Shown: in pieces, positions 35,422-50,427 of the stretch
How the letters are laid out: every line of letters begins with the position of its first letter
Position numbering within the stretch: the first letter of the stretch is position 1
Assembly (NCBI GenBank): GCA_016748015.1
Contig: JAAOMT010000682.1
Location: 4,709 to 68,708 of the forward strand
Direction of reading: 5' to 3'
From: Geosiphon pyriformis uo1
Taxonomy: Eukaryota; Fungi; Glomeromycota
Length of the DNA: 64,000 bases
The notes under the pieces: generated by a model
What the model was told of the DNA's origin: nothing
Database searches by the model: none
Seen by the model: only the letters and a program-made list of their open reading frames with translations
Position numbers and translations under genes: made by a program

Positions 35422-38400
35422 GTGGCAACTATTAGAACAATAAGAAAAGACCATTCCCCATATGGAAGAGGATTATTTCAATACTTTCGAAAAGATCTAG
35501 GTATACCAGCAGAAACCACCATTGCAGAAAGTGATTTTTGCAACTATATCAATGCAAAAATCAACTGCTTGTTAGGCCGTGCAACTGATACAGGGAGACT
35601 TGGAAAACAAATTCATCAAAGCTTACTAGGATACTTAACAACTACCACTACTCAAGCAATCACTGAAACTCTATGCATAATAAATACAGACATTAAACAC
35701 TATGTAACAAAACAATTCTCTCAAGTACAACAGCCAGTAAAATCCAATCCAGAAGAATACAAGTACAAATCCAATAATCCCACAACTGCCCAAGATAAAT
35801 CCACAGTCAACAAGAAACCAAGATTTCTCTTCCCAACAACTTTTTCATACCATCAGACACCCCATAGTAGAATTGTATTCAATCCACTTCTGGAAACCCA
35901 GATAGAAACACCACAAACTCTTGAAAATTCACATCCTTGGGGTCAACACAGTTGGACCAAATCACTAGGAAAATACGGATTACTGTTTGGAAATCTTACC
36001 CCAACAGCCAGTTAAACAAAAGAAAAAATGTCAACTTGGAAACAACCACCAGCACAAAACCAAGTAGAATCAGCATCTCCCCTAATAGAAAAAACAGCAA
36101 TCTTATAACCTATTGGTTTAAGTGACAAAGAAAAACAATCAGCATTAGCACCCAAAAAACAATCGAATACATGAACACTAATCTCTGTAAATGTAACCAG
36201 TAACACCCTACCTATCAATTGGATCATGGCTTACTGAGATATTGCTAAGTTAGAAAAATTCTCAGGGGAAAAAGACAACATGTATTTGTGGATTGTGGAA
36301 GCCAAGAAAGCAATCACTGCTAACAACTGAGATGATGACAGAACTATTCAAGTGCTGTCATTTTTTCTAACTGGAACTGCAGACTTGTGGTATCAAAGTC
36401 TTGCAAAAAAACCAACTGATTTTAACACCTTTAAGCTTGCCTTTCTATGATACTTTTGCGACCCCAATACTTTAATATGATTGCAAAATCAATTCAGTAT
36501 AATTAAACAAAAAGATCATGAAGCAGTAACTACTTATCTTGGACAATTCAATCAAATTTTTTGTCAAATATTAGCTATTAAAAGAGACTACTACACTGTG
36601 ACACAAGTTCTTAATTAATTCATTAAAAGATTGTGGAATAGTATTTTAAGATCTGTAAGACCCCATCATCTGACCAATTTACAAGATGCTGTTGTTTTCG
36701 CTTGCAATTTTGAGTCCACAGAACAAGAAACAAACTATACCCAAACCATTAATTTAGCCATTAATGGAACCTCTGACATCAATGCAAAGATAACCCAATT
36801 AAGTGAAAAACTAACTCAGAAAATTGAAGAATTTTTAGCTGGAACTTATCAACTATCACAATGGAGAGAAAATAACAACAATAGCAGATACCTACAGTAA
36901 CAAAATCATCAACAACAGCAACAACCTTGGAGATCCAATTCCTGCAACTGTTACTACTGCCAGAAACCTGAAAACATTGTCTGTGACTACAAAAAGAAAA
37001 TAATAGACCAAAATTAAGGAAACCAATACCAGCAACCAAGATATTAGCAAAACATGGTATTCCAATATTTTATCTCTTAAAATCAACCACCCCAGTATAC
37101 ACAACAAGTCCCATACACTTAACCACCACTCCAGAATTATTATCAACCATCACTAATAACACAAGCAATCTCTTACTATCAAACTCTCTCTTACAGCCAG
37201 TCCAGACCTTGAGCCATAGATTATAATTAGGAATGGAGGAATCCCAACAACAATCAGGCACAAACCAACAGTAGACTATTTCAACCAATCTCTCGCAGTC
37301 CTGCCCAATTTTGACTAGCACCAACTGGATACCTGAATCAAGCTTTCTATCTTGGTCTCATAGAAGACCAGAGTTTTGATAAATCTATACCTGTGGAAAG
37401 AAGGGATGTAGAACAAATTTCCCAATCTTCCAAGCAAACAAAAAACAATATCCCACCAGCTACTATTACTGAGAACACCACCCTAACCGCCATATTTCTT
37501 TTTGACATCAATAATTTGAACACTCATAGCCTTTTTAATAGAGCAGCCATCAATTAGGATAAACCAATAATGGCTCTGTACACCAATACTAAAATCAAAA
37601 ACATAGAAATTAAATTAATTCTCAATAGCAAATCAGCAAACAGTATAATAATGAAACAATTCATAGATTAATTAGGTCACCAAGTAGATCGTGCCACAAC
37701 TGTCTGAATTATTACCACAGATGACAATACCAAAACCCTAATCAGAAAAATTGATAACTTCTTTTTTAAAATCAATGGAATCCAAATTCCTACAAAGATC
37801 CTGGTCATAAAAGCCACACAATATCAAGTTCTCATCAGAAATGACTGGTTGGCCAAAGTCCATGTCACTTTTGACTAAAACACACAGGAATTACAGATTA
37901 CTTTTAATGGACAACATGTCTGAGTTCTGGCTACATGCAAACACTTCAAAGTCCAAAGCTTGGAAGAACTGCTAATTAAATTCGAAGACACAATACTACT
38001 ACCAACCATAGAAACCTATTAAGTTTCATGAGCAAATGATTACCGAGCAGAGTTACTCTCAACACCAACTTAGAAAGAAAAGAGAAAAAGAAAAGCAAAA
38101 AAAGAACTACAATTAGCACCTGCAGGCTATTCCACCCCAAGTCAAGGAAGTCAATAGTATCGAACCCTGAAATTAACTTGTGTTGACTGTGAGAAAAAGT
38201 TATCTTCTATGGGCACATGTATCAAAGATGATGAAAAATGGCCAACTACTACCAAACATTACTGCAAACCTTGTGTGTTAGAAAAATTTGGCAGACCAAA
38301 ATAACAAGACAAATAAGACAATACACTATGTCTTGTCTGTAGTGAGATCCTGCCAAATAAAAAACTATAGAACAATGTTCCCGGCAGAGGAAGAACATAT

Positions 38401-41212
38401 GATGAAGCATGTTAATACACCATCTTGATCAATGATTGGGTACAAAAAGGAACTCCAATCAATGACATCTGGAAATGAGTGTTATGATAATTGGATGGAT
38501 ATTCCCACAATAAACATGAGATTTGGAGAATGGCAAATGCAAAAGCAGAGAGCACTACAATCAGAAAAATATAGAAAATCAAAAACAACCCCTTATCCCT
38601 TCCAGAACACAAATATATTATGACTTTTGACATCTTTAGCAACATTGAAAATGATCCAGAATACTTCCACAAGCACTACCAAAACCTGGCACCGACTAGA
38701 GAAGAGCAGAAACAAAGATTAGCTGGCTTAAACACAAAACTGTGTGATCATTGTTTGATCTCTTGTCACTTTCAGTACTGTGATGAATGCAATATTATGT
38801 TTAACCTGCCTTCAAGAAAACTATACCTGATCATCAAACTACTGAAACCTAAGGTAGAAAAGAAATTAATCACTAAGAACATGTTGTTTTAAAGATCCAA
38901 CTGAGGATACCAAAACAGAACAGTATCTCATGTATTCCGATTTATCCAAAAAATTAGAATTAAAATAGTACAGTGACAACGAAAAAAAAATCTGCCCCAA
39001 AAGAGCACATGACACTGATGCTGGTTTTGACCTATAATATTCTAGACAATAACCCATAATTATAACCTCACATTCTCTTGTAAAAATAGACCTTAAAATA
39101 GTGTTAAAAATTCCTGTTAGTACAATGGTACAAGTTGCCTCTTAATCTAGTCTAGCCAAGAAAAAAATTGACATAAAAAGAAGAATTATCAATGCCAGTT
39201 ACATGAGAAACATCATAGTGATGCTACAGAACAATTTGAACAAATCCTACAAAATAGAATCACAAGAAAAGATTGCCCAAGCTATCTTTCTACTCTTAGT
39301 CAAAATACTCCAATTAACTTTAATAACAACCCAAGAAAAATTAGGCTTCATTGCTCAAGAAATCAATAAATTTGGGTCAAGTAAAAGAGAAAATGTATCA
39401 GTTAATTTTACAGAGGAAGACAGTAACAAAGTAAAACTTATCTACGTCAACACTGTTATTTCTATCCCTCTGTACTGACAATACATTCTTAAAGTGAACA
39501 GAACAATCCAAAATCAAGCTCTGTTATTTAAAGTGGACCCCAAAATCTGTTTTCTAGCCGATGTTATTAACTTATATCTACTAGCAAAGGCCCATAAGCA
39601 CTTCAAAATCCCTATTCACAATCTGACTGAAGACATTATAGAAATTCCAGAGAGAATCTTTATTAGTTCTATATTCCCAGATATTCAGAATCCAAATAAA
39701 CCCCAGCCCATTCCAAAATTTTGCACAATTGTTCTTATTCTGTGACATTACCTCACAAGTATGGAATCTGCAAAAAAAAAGTTACTTGTTCATGCTAAAA
39801 GAAATCAATAAACTCAATTTGGGAAACCTAAACACTCTACAACAAATGCAACTTAAGGTTTTACTGAACTAATATGCTGATGTCTTTGCCAGTGAAAATG
39901 AGTTCAGATGCACTGACATTGTAAAACATTAGATTGATATGGGAAACACTTAACTTATTAAACAGCGAACTTACCGAGTACCCTATTTGACAACAATCTT
40001 ATCAAACAAGAAGTCCAATGAATGCTCAACAATGGCTTAATTAAAAAATTGTTAAGCTTTTGGTTCTCCCCAGTAGTTTTAGTCACCAAAAAAAATGAAA
40101 AGATATGATTCTACATGAATTACTAAAAGTTAAATAGCATCACCTAAGGAGATAGTTATCCCACTTCCCTTATCCAAGAAATTCTGGACAATCTAGGAAA
40201 AAAAAAATAGTTCTCATCATTAAACTTAGCCAGCAGATATTGGCAGATTGAAATAAATCCCAAAGATAAAAAAAAAACGGCATTTACCACTTGAGATAGA
40301 AACTTTGAGTTCAATGTAATATCCTTTGAACTCTACAACACTCCTGTCATGTTCCAATGTCTTATGGATGTCGTGTACAAAAAAATTCTTTGGAAATCAG
40401 TTGTAGTTTACTTAAACAACACAAATGTGTTCTTTGAAACATTTGACAATCATCTGCTGCACCTTCAACAAGTCTTCGAACATCTTTGAAATGCCGAATT
40501 AAAACTCAATCCTGAGAAATGTTTCTTTGGGAAAACCAAGTTGAAATTCCTAGGACACATGATTGGCAAAGATGAAATCAAATCCAACCCAGACAAGATT
40601 CAAAAAGTTAAAGATTTCCCAGTCCCAATCAACCTTCAAGAGTTATGAGAATTTTTAGGATTGGCAGGATACTACTGCCAATTTATCAAAGGGTTTTCAA
40701 CTATCACAAAACTCCTTTACTATTTGTTGTCCAAATACATGCCATACCTGTGGAAGGAAGATCAACAAAAAGCTTTTGACTATCTCAAGCAGCAACTGAT
40801 CACATCTTTAATATTGATCTGCCCCAATTTCACTAAATGTTTTATTGTCACTACAGATGCCTTGAAGAATGCATTAGAAGCCATCTTGTTACAAATAGAA
40901 TCAGACAACAGAGAACATTCAATCATGTATGCTAGTTGTAGCACAAGTTTAGCTGAGAAAATCTACAGTGCAATGGATCTAGAATGCCTTACCATTTATT
41001 GGGCAATACAAATATGAAAACACTACCTCAGTCAACCATTTAACTTATATACAGATCATAAAAAACTTATTTAATTACTCAATAACTCACAACTGGAAGA
41101 AAAATATGCAAGATGGAATACTTATTTGCAGCAATTTCTATTCAAAGTTTATTACAAAGAAGGATCTAAGAACACCAATGTTGACAGTTTGTCGAGAATA
41201 CCACAGACCTAA
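35422..41212 (+). pseudogene. E2 gag-pol (GTG start to stop after RNase H)
   Basis: Colinear with E1; gag and protease read in one frame across 37021-37440; NVDSLSRIPQT* at 41210-41212. Confidence 0.9.
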
Positions 41213-41222
41213 TCCCAAACCC

Positions 41223-42590
41223 ATGGACACATTCACTTATCAATGACTATATCAGTACCTATTGACACTATGTTTCAAGGAGATATTATCTCAATAGAAA
41301 CAAAGTATCATATAAAAACAAGCCCAAAATTATTTTATTTAAGACAACCAACTATATCAACAAGAATGCTGAAACCACTCTATCTCACAACAAGTTATAA
41401 AGAACAATGAAAAGAAAACTATATTACATAGTATGCATTCTGATCCAACCATAGAACACTTTAACAAAGATATTACTCTCAAAAAAACCCTAAATTTATA
41501 CTATTGGCCAATGATACACAAAGACATTTTCAAATATGTGCTTAATTATGACTTATGCCAGTAAAAAGAAGGAGCAAGATCAATAGAACCACTTTGACCC
41601 ATTCCAATTGAAAATCTATTTAATAGAATTGGAATCAATTTGGTTGGACCTCTCTCAATTACATCCCAAGGAAATTGCTATATCACTGTAGCCATAGACT
41701 ATTTTACAAAATGGCCAGAAGCCAGAGCAATTCAAGTGGCTGATGCCAAAACAGTAGCCGAATTTGTGCATCAAGACCTAATTTGCTGACATAGATGTCT
41801 AAAAGAATTATTATCTAATCAGAGAACACATTTTGTTAATAATACATTAACTGAACTAAGCCAATGATTTGGAATAAAATGACTCTTATTGTCACCATAC
41901 CACTCACAAATAAATAGACTGGTAGAACAATTTAACTGAACACTGTGCAAAGCACTAGCAAAAATAAGTCATAAAAACAAACAAGAATGAGACATATTTA
42001 TATCTTCTGTATTCTTTGCATACCAAATATTGAAACAAAATATGACTTAGTTTACACCATTTGAACTAGTTTATAGAAAAAAAGCTACATTACCAATTAA
42101 ACAAGTGATACTATCATACCTAACAAAAACAATCAACAAAGAGAATTTTGAAGCTACTTTACACCAAAAAACATACCAGTTAATAGAAACATTAAAAAAC
42201 AATTGAAGAACAGCAGCTGACAATATTAGTTACATTCAAGAATAACAAAAAAAAAGACATAATAACTGCCTACCAAAACAACCAATGGAATTCAAGATTG
42301 GAGACCAAGTACTGTTACATAGTACAAAAGCTAAGAAACAGTGGAGTGGAAAGTTCGACTTAAAGTGAGATAATCCATTTTACATATACAAAGCTTTAGG
42401 AAATGAAGCTTACAAATTACAATTGGAAGACAGAATTTTAAAGAGAGTAGCACATGGAAATCAGTTAAAAATTTATCATACAAAACAGGAATCATCATTA
42501 TCAGTACCTCAGCTAGGAACACAAAATTCATTAATCAGACCAGAAAATATACCACGAAATCTAGAACCAATCATTATTATTGAAACATAG
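41223..42590 (+). pseudogene. E2 integrase (separate ORF)
   Basis: ATG 41223 MDTFTY; HSDPT, RIGINLVGPL, TKWPEA. Confidence 0.9.
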
Positions 42591-42670
42591 ACAATGTGCA
42601 GCAAATTAAATTAAGGAATTCAAATATATATAGCATTCAAAAAACAGCAAGAAATAATAAAACTTTCAAC

Positions 42671-43408
42671 ATAGACCTGTCAAATCAAATTCTACAACTT
42701 TTGAAACAACTATTTGACACAATTCAACAATCTTCTGCTCAAATAGAAGTGACAATTAATAAAGAAAAAATATGCTATAAAAATAGGAGCAAAAAAAAGA
42801 TGGGTGTGAGTTCAACTAGAACTAACTTTTTCCATCCCTACACTCTGCCCAAGAAAAGAATTTTACAAAAAAAAATTAAATCATCTCAGACAAAGCTTGA
42901 AGAAAGCATGGAAGAATGAGAAAAAGTTTATAAAAGAAGATACTTGGTCTCCAAGCTTGAAAAAATTAAAGAAGCTTTAGCTTATAGAATCAATCTTCCT
43001 GAAACAGGAGAATAGACACCAGACAATACAAAGAAATGAAAAGAAAAACTTTCTCCAGCTTATTGATTCTACAAAATAGATAAACAATTAAACTTAAAGA
43101 TACCATATGGAGACTTCAGCCAGAAAACTTTCAACAAAAAAGCAATGCAACAAGTAGAAAAATTTGTAGAAAAAAGCAATTTGACCCTATATTACAAAGC
43201 AGCATATCGACTATATATTACTTTCCAACTTTGTCCAAATATATTGTTGTATGGATCTATAAAGATGATAACAGTTAACAACATAGGACAAATTACCAAT
43301 TGACAGTTTGAAAACCTACAAAAAACAATATTTGACATAACCATTAAATATTACATAAATGAAAATATAGAAACAGATACATATAATTTCACAAGAGCTC
43401 AATTCTAA
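42671..43408 (+). pseudogene. E2 3' accessory ORF
   Basis: (M)DLSNQILQLLKQLFDTIQ...NLTLYYKAAYRLY; start decayed ATG>ATA. Confidence 0.72.
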
Positions 43409-43423
43409 AAAAAAGAGGAATAA

Positions 43424-44316
43424 TGTTACTTGAGTAAAGAAACCAATCTGAAGTTATGAAAAAACATGACCAGAACATGACATAACACAGAATAGCACAT
43501 AATAACATTGGATAATGTGTTATAACTTAGAATAGTACAGAATAATATGTTATAACATAGGATAACACAGAATAACATAACAAAACAATCAGAAGTAATC
43601 CTGTAAAACCAAAAGAATATATAAAAACAAGTAGCTATAAAAGGGAGAAAAACAGGACAGATAGATATGAACCACTAGACAAGAATCAAATATCCCTCCT
43701 CTTCATCATTTATCATATTCATCTTCTGAAATAAATCAATTATTAAGAAATCAGAATTCTGAATTCATGTTCTCAAACTTAGTGAATTTTATGTGAACTA
43801 ATCATTATTTTGTACCTTTGTTCCAGGACAGATGCTCTTAGCATAATCACCTCAAACCATTAATGATTTGGACCAATTGCTCTTGATTACAGCAATTGAC
43901 GATACCAATTTTTTTTTTTTTCTTTCTTTTATTTATTTTGTGGAGTGACAATATAGTAAAATCAACTGTCTGAGAATAGATTTTGTGATAGTCTGGTAAA
44001 AGAAAGAAGCTTCCTCTAGGTTTTTGGATATTAACATTATCTTAATAGCTTACCAGAAAAATGAAAAGACAATGCCAGACTCTAATGACTGCGCTTGTTA
44101 GCTCGGAGAAGAAAGCTCACCTTTATAAGAAGTTGCAATCAATGAGAACCAAAACTCTGTGTTTTATAACCAAAGAACTCAATGGGTAAATTCACAACCA
44201 GTAGATAAGACCTTCAGAGACTGATAATCAAGACTAAGCCAATGGAATTACATGAATTATGCATTGAGAGCACTAAACATTATCATTTCTCTACTTTACC
44301 AAGTTTACTCATAACA
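43424..44316 (+). repeat. E2 3' LTR
   Basis: TGTTAC...ATAACA; shorter than 5' LTR by deletions, mainly in the U3 repeat array. Confidence 0.93.
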
Positions 44317-47300
44317 ATGGTCAGGCCATAAAACTGATCCTAGATAGTGATTCAGCAGGCAGCATTATTACATGACAATTCATGGACCAATTAGATCACC
44401 AAGTTGATTGTGCTGCCAGCACCAAAATCATAATAGCCAATGGAGCAATCAAAATTCTAATTGGTGAAATTGATGACCTACTTATCAAAATCAATGGCAT
44501 CATAGTACTTATCAAAGTTCTTGTGATGGAAGCAATACAGTACCAAGCACTCATTGGCAACAACTGGTTGTTTAAAACCAATGTAATACTTGATTGGAAT
44601 ATACAGAAGCTTCAACTTAGCCAGAATGGTTGATACACATGTGTACCAGTCATGTGTGGCCACTTCAAGCCTATCATTACACCATCAGCACCCCTTATCG
44701 AGTTCAATAATGAAGAAAAAAAACTGACCTGGGAAGCCTATCAAATTTCTTGGGCTGATAACGACCACAATGAGCTACCACCAGTTCTAAACTGGAAAGA
44801 AAAAAACAAAGAAAAAGAGAAAAAAAAAGGAAACATACCTAAAAAGACCAACAACAAACTGGAAACTAGTGGCTAGAGAAGTCCATACTCCAATACCAGA
44901 TCAGAACCACCTTATATTTCTCTCAAATGCAAAGACTACAAGAAGAAACTGTTTTCAATGGAAGCTTGGATTGCACCCAACAAAGATTACTGAATACAAA
45001 TCCACTATTACTGCAAGCCATGCCACAAAAAATAGTACAGCTATCCAAAATGACAAGGCAAGTGGAACAACAAACCATGTCTCACTTGTGGAGAACAGTT
45101 GCTTGATAAAAAAATATGGAATAACATTTCTGATTAAGGAGGAATGTGCAATGCTTTGTGTTAATACATGATCCTTATAAGTGACTGGGTCAGTTGTGGC
45201 ACTTCTATTACTGCAGCCTGACATTGAGCAATAACTCGGTTGGATGGTTATCCACATAATGAAAACAAGATTTGGCAGATAGCAAATGCCAAATTTGAAG
45301 GAGCCATGTCTAGCAAAATATTGGAAATCAAAAATAATTCTTCAGAACCAGTTGACATTGTCCTTATTCCAAATTCTAATGCTTTTCTCAACATAGAAAC
45401 AGGCCCAGAAGAGTTTCATGAGCACTATCAGAATTTAGCACCCACAAAAGAAGAACAGAAACAGCACTTAGAAAAAATAAACACCTGATTATGTGACTAC
45501 TGTTTGATTCCATGTGACTTTCAATATTGTAATAAGTGTGACCTCATTTATAATCCACCACCACACATGATCTACACAATTCCAAAGGAAGAAGAACCAA
45601 TTAGCAGCTGTGCATTAGAATCAGAATCAATTTTCAATTTTGATTCAAACTCTGACAATGATGACAACAAAAACACTGGTTTCAGCTCTGCTCAATATGG
45701 CAACAAAAATAACAATGATCTGAACTCTAATTCAAACCCCAAAATATTCATTGCACTTTCTGACCTCTCTAAGAAGCAGAAACTAAAATGGTTTAGTGAC
45801 AATAATAAGGGTATTATGCCAGAATGTACACATAATACTAATGTTACAAGTGATTATTTGGGGTCTCAAATCAAATAACAAATCTGTAACTTGGTGCTCA
45901 ATTGCTTGAATGATATGAGTAATATCTAAAAATTGTTTGTATTTGAAGGTTTTGTTCGAATTCTTTGTATAATGGACAGAGATTCAATAGTTGTTTTTAG
46001 TAGCCTCCCAGAATTGCAATTCTGTCAAATTTTTTTCTTAGCATAGTGACCAGTAATCCTCCTAGTAAGCTATCCTCAAATCTATGAGTGTTCTATTTTT
46101 GTTTCACAGGTCTTTTACCAGTCCTTATAATGTTTTTATCTCAGCACTTTTAATCTTTTTAATCAAAACAAAAGAAACAACAAAAGAAAATAAAATAAAA
46201 AAAAATAAAAAAATAAAGAAAATAAAATAAGAAATATGTGTTCTGTTAATAGCCGTGATCAAGAGCTATTGTGCCAGCAGGTTAAATAGTGGATAATAAC
46301 ATGGATTTAAGGATAATGAATGATTTTATTAATATGAAAGCAATTTCACTTCAAGTTATAGTATTCTATTTTTTGAAGGAAGGGTATTTAATAATTATGA
46401 CCTGTGAGTCTAATTAACTCTAAAAGTCCTATTGACTCTCAGTCTTCTTAACTTTGAGCCTAATTAACTAATTTTTTAGCTTCTGATACTACTGCTATAT
46501 ATACATAATTAAGATTTCTCAATTCCTCAATTCTTTACACTAGAAATTCTGGAATTCTTAGAATCCTGCAATTCCTTTGAGAGAAATTCTGGAATTCTGG
46601 AATCTTGCAATTTCTCATATAAGAATTCTGAAATTCTTGGAATCCTGCAATTCTTCTGAGAAAAATCCTGGAATTCCACATTTATTACGTTTATTTTGAC
46701 TGGCTAATTAATGTACTAATATTTAATTCCTATATTTTATGAGTAATACTGATGCAAAGTTTAATCTGAGATATTTGAAAAAAGATGTCATCAAATTAGA
46801 ACCACATTCTCACACATGCATTGATCTCAAAATAGCACTGGAAATTTTAGCAACAACAATAGTTCAACTAGCATTCAGAAATAGTCTGGCAAAAAAGGGA
46901 ATCAACATTAAAAGAAGAATAATTAATACAAGATATGTAGAAAATATTATTGCAATGCTACAAAATAACTCAGAAAAGGCCTATATTATAGAACTAAACA
47001 AAAAGATAGCACAGGCAATATTTCTGCCTTTGGTTAAAATAGCTCAATTAGTATTATTAGAAAGCAAAGAAAAATTAAGGATTACAGCTAAAAAAATACA
47101 GGAGTTTGGATTCACGAATAAAATAGACATACCAGTTAATATGGCAGAGGAAAAAATTGTTAACAAAAGAGAAATTATCTCCACCTGTTAATCAATTTTT
47201 ATTCCACTATATAATCAGTACATGTTAACTATAAAAAAAAAGTGAAGGATCAAGCTCAGTTGTTTAAAGCAGAAACAATCATATGTGAATCAGAAAAGAT

Positions 47301-48950
47301 TGGACTCACCAATCTCTATATACCAGCCAAAAGCCCTAAAAATATCAAAATTCTAATATATAATACTATTGGAAATGTTATCAAAATCTCAGAAGAAACA
47401 ATTATTGGATATTTAACCACTGAAGTTGAGGATCAACTACTAAACCATATTCCAGATTTTCTACAACTGTGCAGATATGTAAATATCATATCTTAAACAA
47501 TATATAGTTGAAAAGAATGTTATCTGCTCTAACCAGAACAATTGGAACAGATGAACTTAAGAAATTTAGACTCACTTTAATGGATGCAACTCAAGAAGTT
47601 ACTCAACAACTTTAATGACATCTTTGCCAGTGAAAATGAATTTGGCAGAACTGATATTATCCAATATTAGATCAAGACTAAAGATACAATGCCAATTAAA
47701 CAAAGAGCATACAGAGTACCACCAGCCAGCCATGAGATTATTCATCAAAAAATCAATCAGATGCTTGACAATAAGCTAATTCAGCCATTAATAAGCCTAT
47801 GGTCATTACCAGTAGTACTAGTTCATAAGAAAAATGGGAAAATCCACTTTTGTGTAAATTACCGAAAACTGAATAGAATAACAAAAGAAGATAGCTACCT
47901 AACTCCAAAGATCTAAAAACTGTTTGATGCTTTTGGAAGAAAGAAATGGTTCTCAACTTTGGACTTAGACAGTGGTTACTGGCAAGTAGCCATAAAACCG
48001 AAAGATAAAAAGAAAACAGCTTTTACAACATAAAAAGAGAATTTTAAGTTCAAAGTAATGCCATTTGGCTTGATGAATGCTCCAGCAACATTCCAACAGC
48101 TAATGGAAATTGTCTATACTAGACTACTGTGAAAATCAGTAGTTGTTTATTTAGACAACACCAATGTGTTTTCCAATACATTTGATGGCTATCTATATTA
48201 TCTTCAACAAGTGTTTGAAAGATTAAGAAAAGCAGAATTGAAATTAAATGCAACCAAGTGTTTTTTTGACAAGACAGAATTGAAATTCTTGGAACATATT
48301 ATAAGCAAAAATGACATTAAAACAGATCCAGATAAAATTGCAATAGTAAAAAACTTTTCAGTACCAACCAACTTGACAGAACTGAGAGCATTTTTGGAAT
48401 TTGCAAGCTATTATTGCTGCTTTATCAAGAATTTTTCTAAACTGGCTTAGCCACTTCATCAGCTACAAACCAAAAATGTGAAATACAAATAGACAGAAGC
48501 TTAACAAAAAGCTTTTGACATATTGAGTAGAAAGCTTATTCAAGCTCTAGTATTGATGTATTCAGATTACAGCAAACCATTTATTATCATCACCAATATA
48601 TTAGATCAAGCATTAAAAGCAGTACTATTACAAAAGAAACTAGATAGAAGAGAACATCTGGTAGCATACACCAGCCAAAGCTTGAGTTCAGCAGAAAAAA
48701 ACTATGGAACACCAGCACTAAAACACTTAGCAATCTATTGGACAGTTATAAAATGGAGAGAATACTTAAACCAGAAATTTAATATATACACTGATCATAA
48801 AAGATTGACTTCAATCCAGAAACAAGAATTTGGAGATAATTGCCATATTCGATAAAAAATAGAACTTTTATTATTTAATTATACAATACATTACAAAAAG
48901 GGAAAAAAAATGGAAATGTTGACAGTTTGTTACAAATGAGACAAATCTAA
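44317..48950 (+). pseudogene. E3 pol (PR, Cys-rich region, dUTPase, RT, RNase H), interrupted by solo LTR 45842-46748
   Basis: LILDSDSA, CDFQYCNKC, HNT|DAKFNL, DLDSGYWQV, MPFGLMNAPATFQ, YTDHK, NVDSLLQMRQI* (48948-48950). Confidence 0.9.
45842..46748 (-). mobile_element. Solo LTR inserted in E3 dUTPase motif 1
   Basis: TGTTAC...GTAATA; TSD CTAA/CTGA; U5 homologous to E3/E5 LTRs. Confidence 0.9.
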
Positions 48951-49012
48951 AAACATTTCAACCCAAAAATATAACAAAATCCAAACAGTCAAAACCAAAA
49001 ATATAACAAAAA

Positions 49013-50395
49013 ATGAACACACAAAAATATTAACAACTCCAGCACTATATAAATACTTAACAGTTCAAGAAGAAATTATCTCAAAAAGAACAAAACAACA
49101 TAAAACAACAATTAAAATATTTTATTAATTATTAAAATATACTTTACTGGAAAAACAGAAGAAATTTAGATCAACCAACCAGAGTAATTACAGAACCAGA
49201 GAAAAAAACAATATTATTCAACATGTACTCAGATCCAACAGCAGGACATTTTCACAAAGAAGCAATTATGGAAAAAACCAGAAAAAGATACTATTGGCTA
49301 TTAATGTATTCAGATATCATCTAATATGTTCAAAATTGTAATGCTTATTAGAAAAAAGGAGGAACAAAATTCAGTGAACCATTGAGACCAATTAAAATGG
49401 GACAACCATTCAATCACATCAGAATTGACTTAATCGGACTATTAACCATAACCAGCAGAAACAACAGATATATTGCAGTAGCCATGAACTATCTTACAAA
49501 ATGGCCAGAAGCAAAAGCTATTCAAAAAGCAAATACAGAATTTGTTGCCAAATTTGTTTATTAAGATTTGATCTGTTAACATAGATATTCAAAAAAACTA
49601 TTATCAGATTAAGAAACTCACTTTGTAAATAGAACATTGACAGAATTAAGTCAAAGATTTGGGATAAAAAGACCATTATTATTATGGTATCATCTACAAA
49701 CCAATAGACTAGTTGAAAGATTTAATAAAACATTGTGTAAAGCAATTGCCAAGATCAGTCAAAAAAACCATGATGAATGGGATTTGTTTATACTATCAGT
49801 ATTATTCACTTATCAAACAATAAAGCAAAATACTACACAAGCAACACCATTTAAATTAGTATACAATAGAACAGCAATATTATCAGTTGAGATAGAAGTC
49901 AAAACATATCCAACAGAACCAATAACAAAAGAAAATTTCCAAAGAACATTGTTAAGAAGAACATATGACTTAATAGAGACACTAGAAAACAAATGGCAAA
50001 GAACAGCTGATAACATCCAAAAGTCACAAAAAAAACAAAAAAAAAGACATGATAACCAACTACCAGATAAACCAGTTGAATTCAGGATTAGAGACAAAAT
50101 ACTTTTATATTATACCAAAGCAGAAAAGCAATGGAATAAAAAATTTGACCCCAAATAAGACAGATCATTTTACATAGAAAAAATTCTAGGAAATGGAGCT
50201 TATAAATTAAGATGGAATGACAAAATTTTAGCCAAAGCAGCACATGGTGATCGACTGAAACCATATTATCATATAGTGTCACCATCCACCAATAATATTC
50301 TACAATTAAGAGTACAGAGAATACTAGTCCAACTAGATGAGATTCCACAAGATCTGGAACCAATCATAGTTATTGAACCAAACATGTCAAATTGA
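49013..50395 (+). pseudogene. E3 integrase (separate ORF)
   Basis: ATG 49013; SDPTAGHF, IRIDLIGLL, LTKWPEA, LVERFN. C-terminal end approximate. Confidence 0.88.
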
Positions 50396-50427
50396 ACAAC
50401 CAAAAGAGTATATAAAAACACAGTATA

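Larger units (their letters stand above)
34357..44316 (+). mobile_element. E2: full-length degenerate Ty3/Gypsy element (E1 family) inserted in E3 protease
   Basis: LTRs 34357-35360 and 43424-44316; perfect TSD ATGG (34353-34356 / 44317-44320); PBS 35363-35379; PPT ~43407-43420; E3 rejoins KVDG|QAIKLILDS. Confidence 0.95.

Noticed and set aside
46739-47191. Stand-alone cellular dUTPase gene
   Set aside because: The apparent ATG comes from the solo LTR end; the domain is part of E3 pol.
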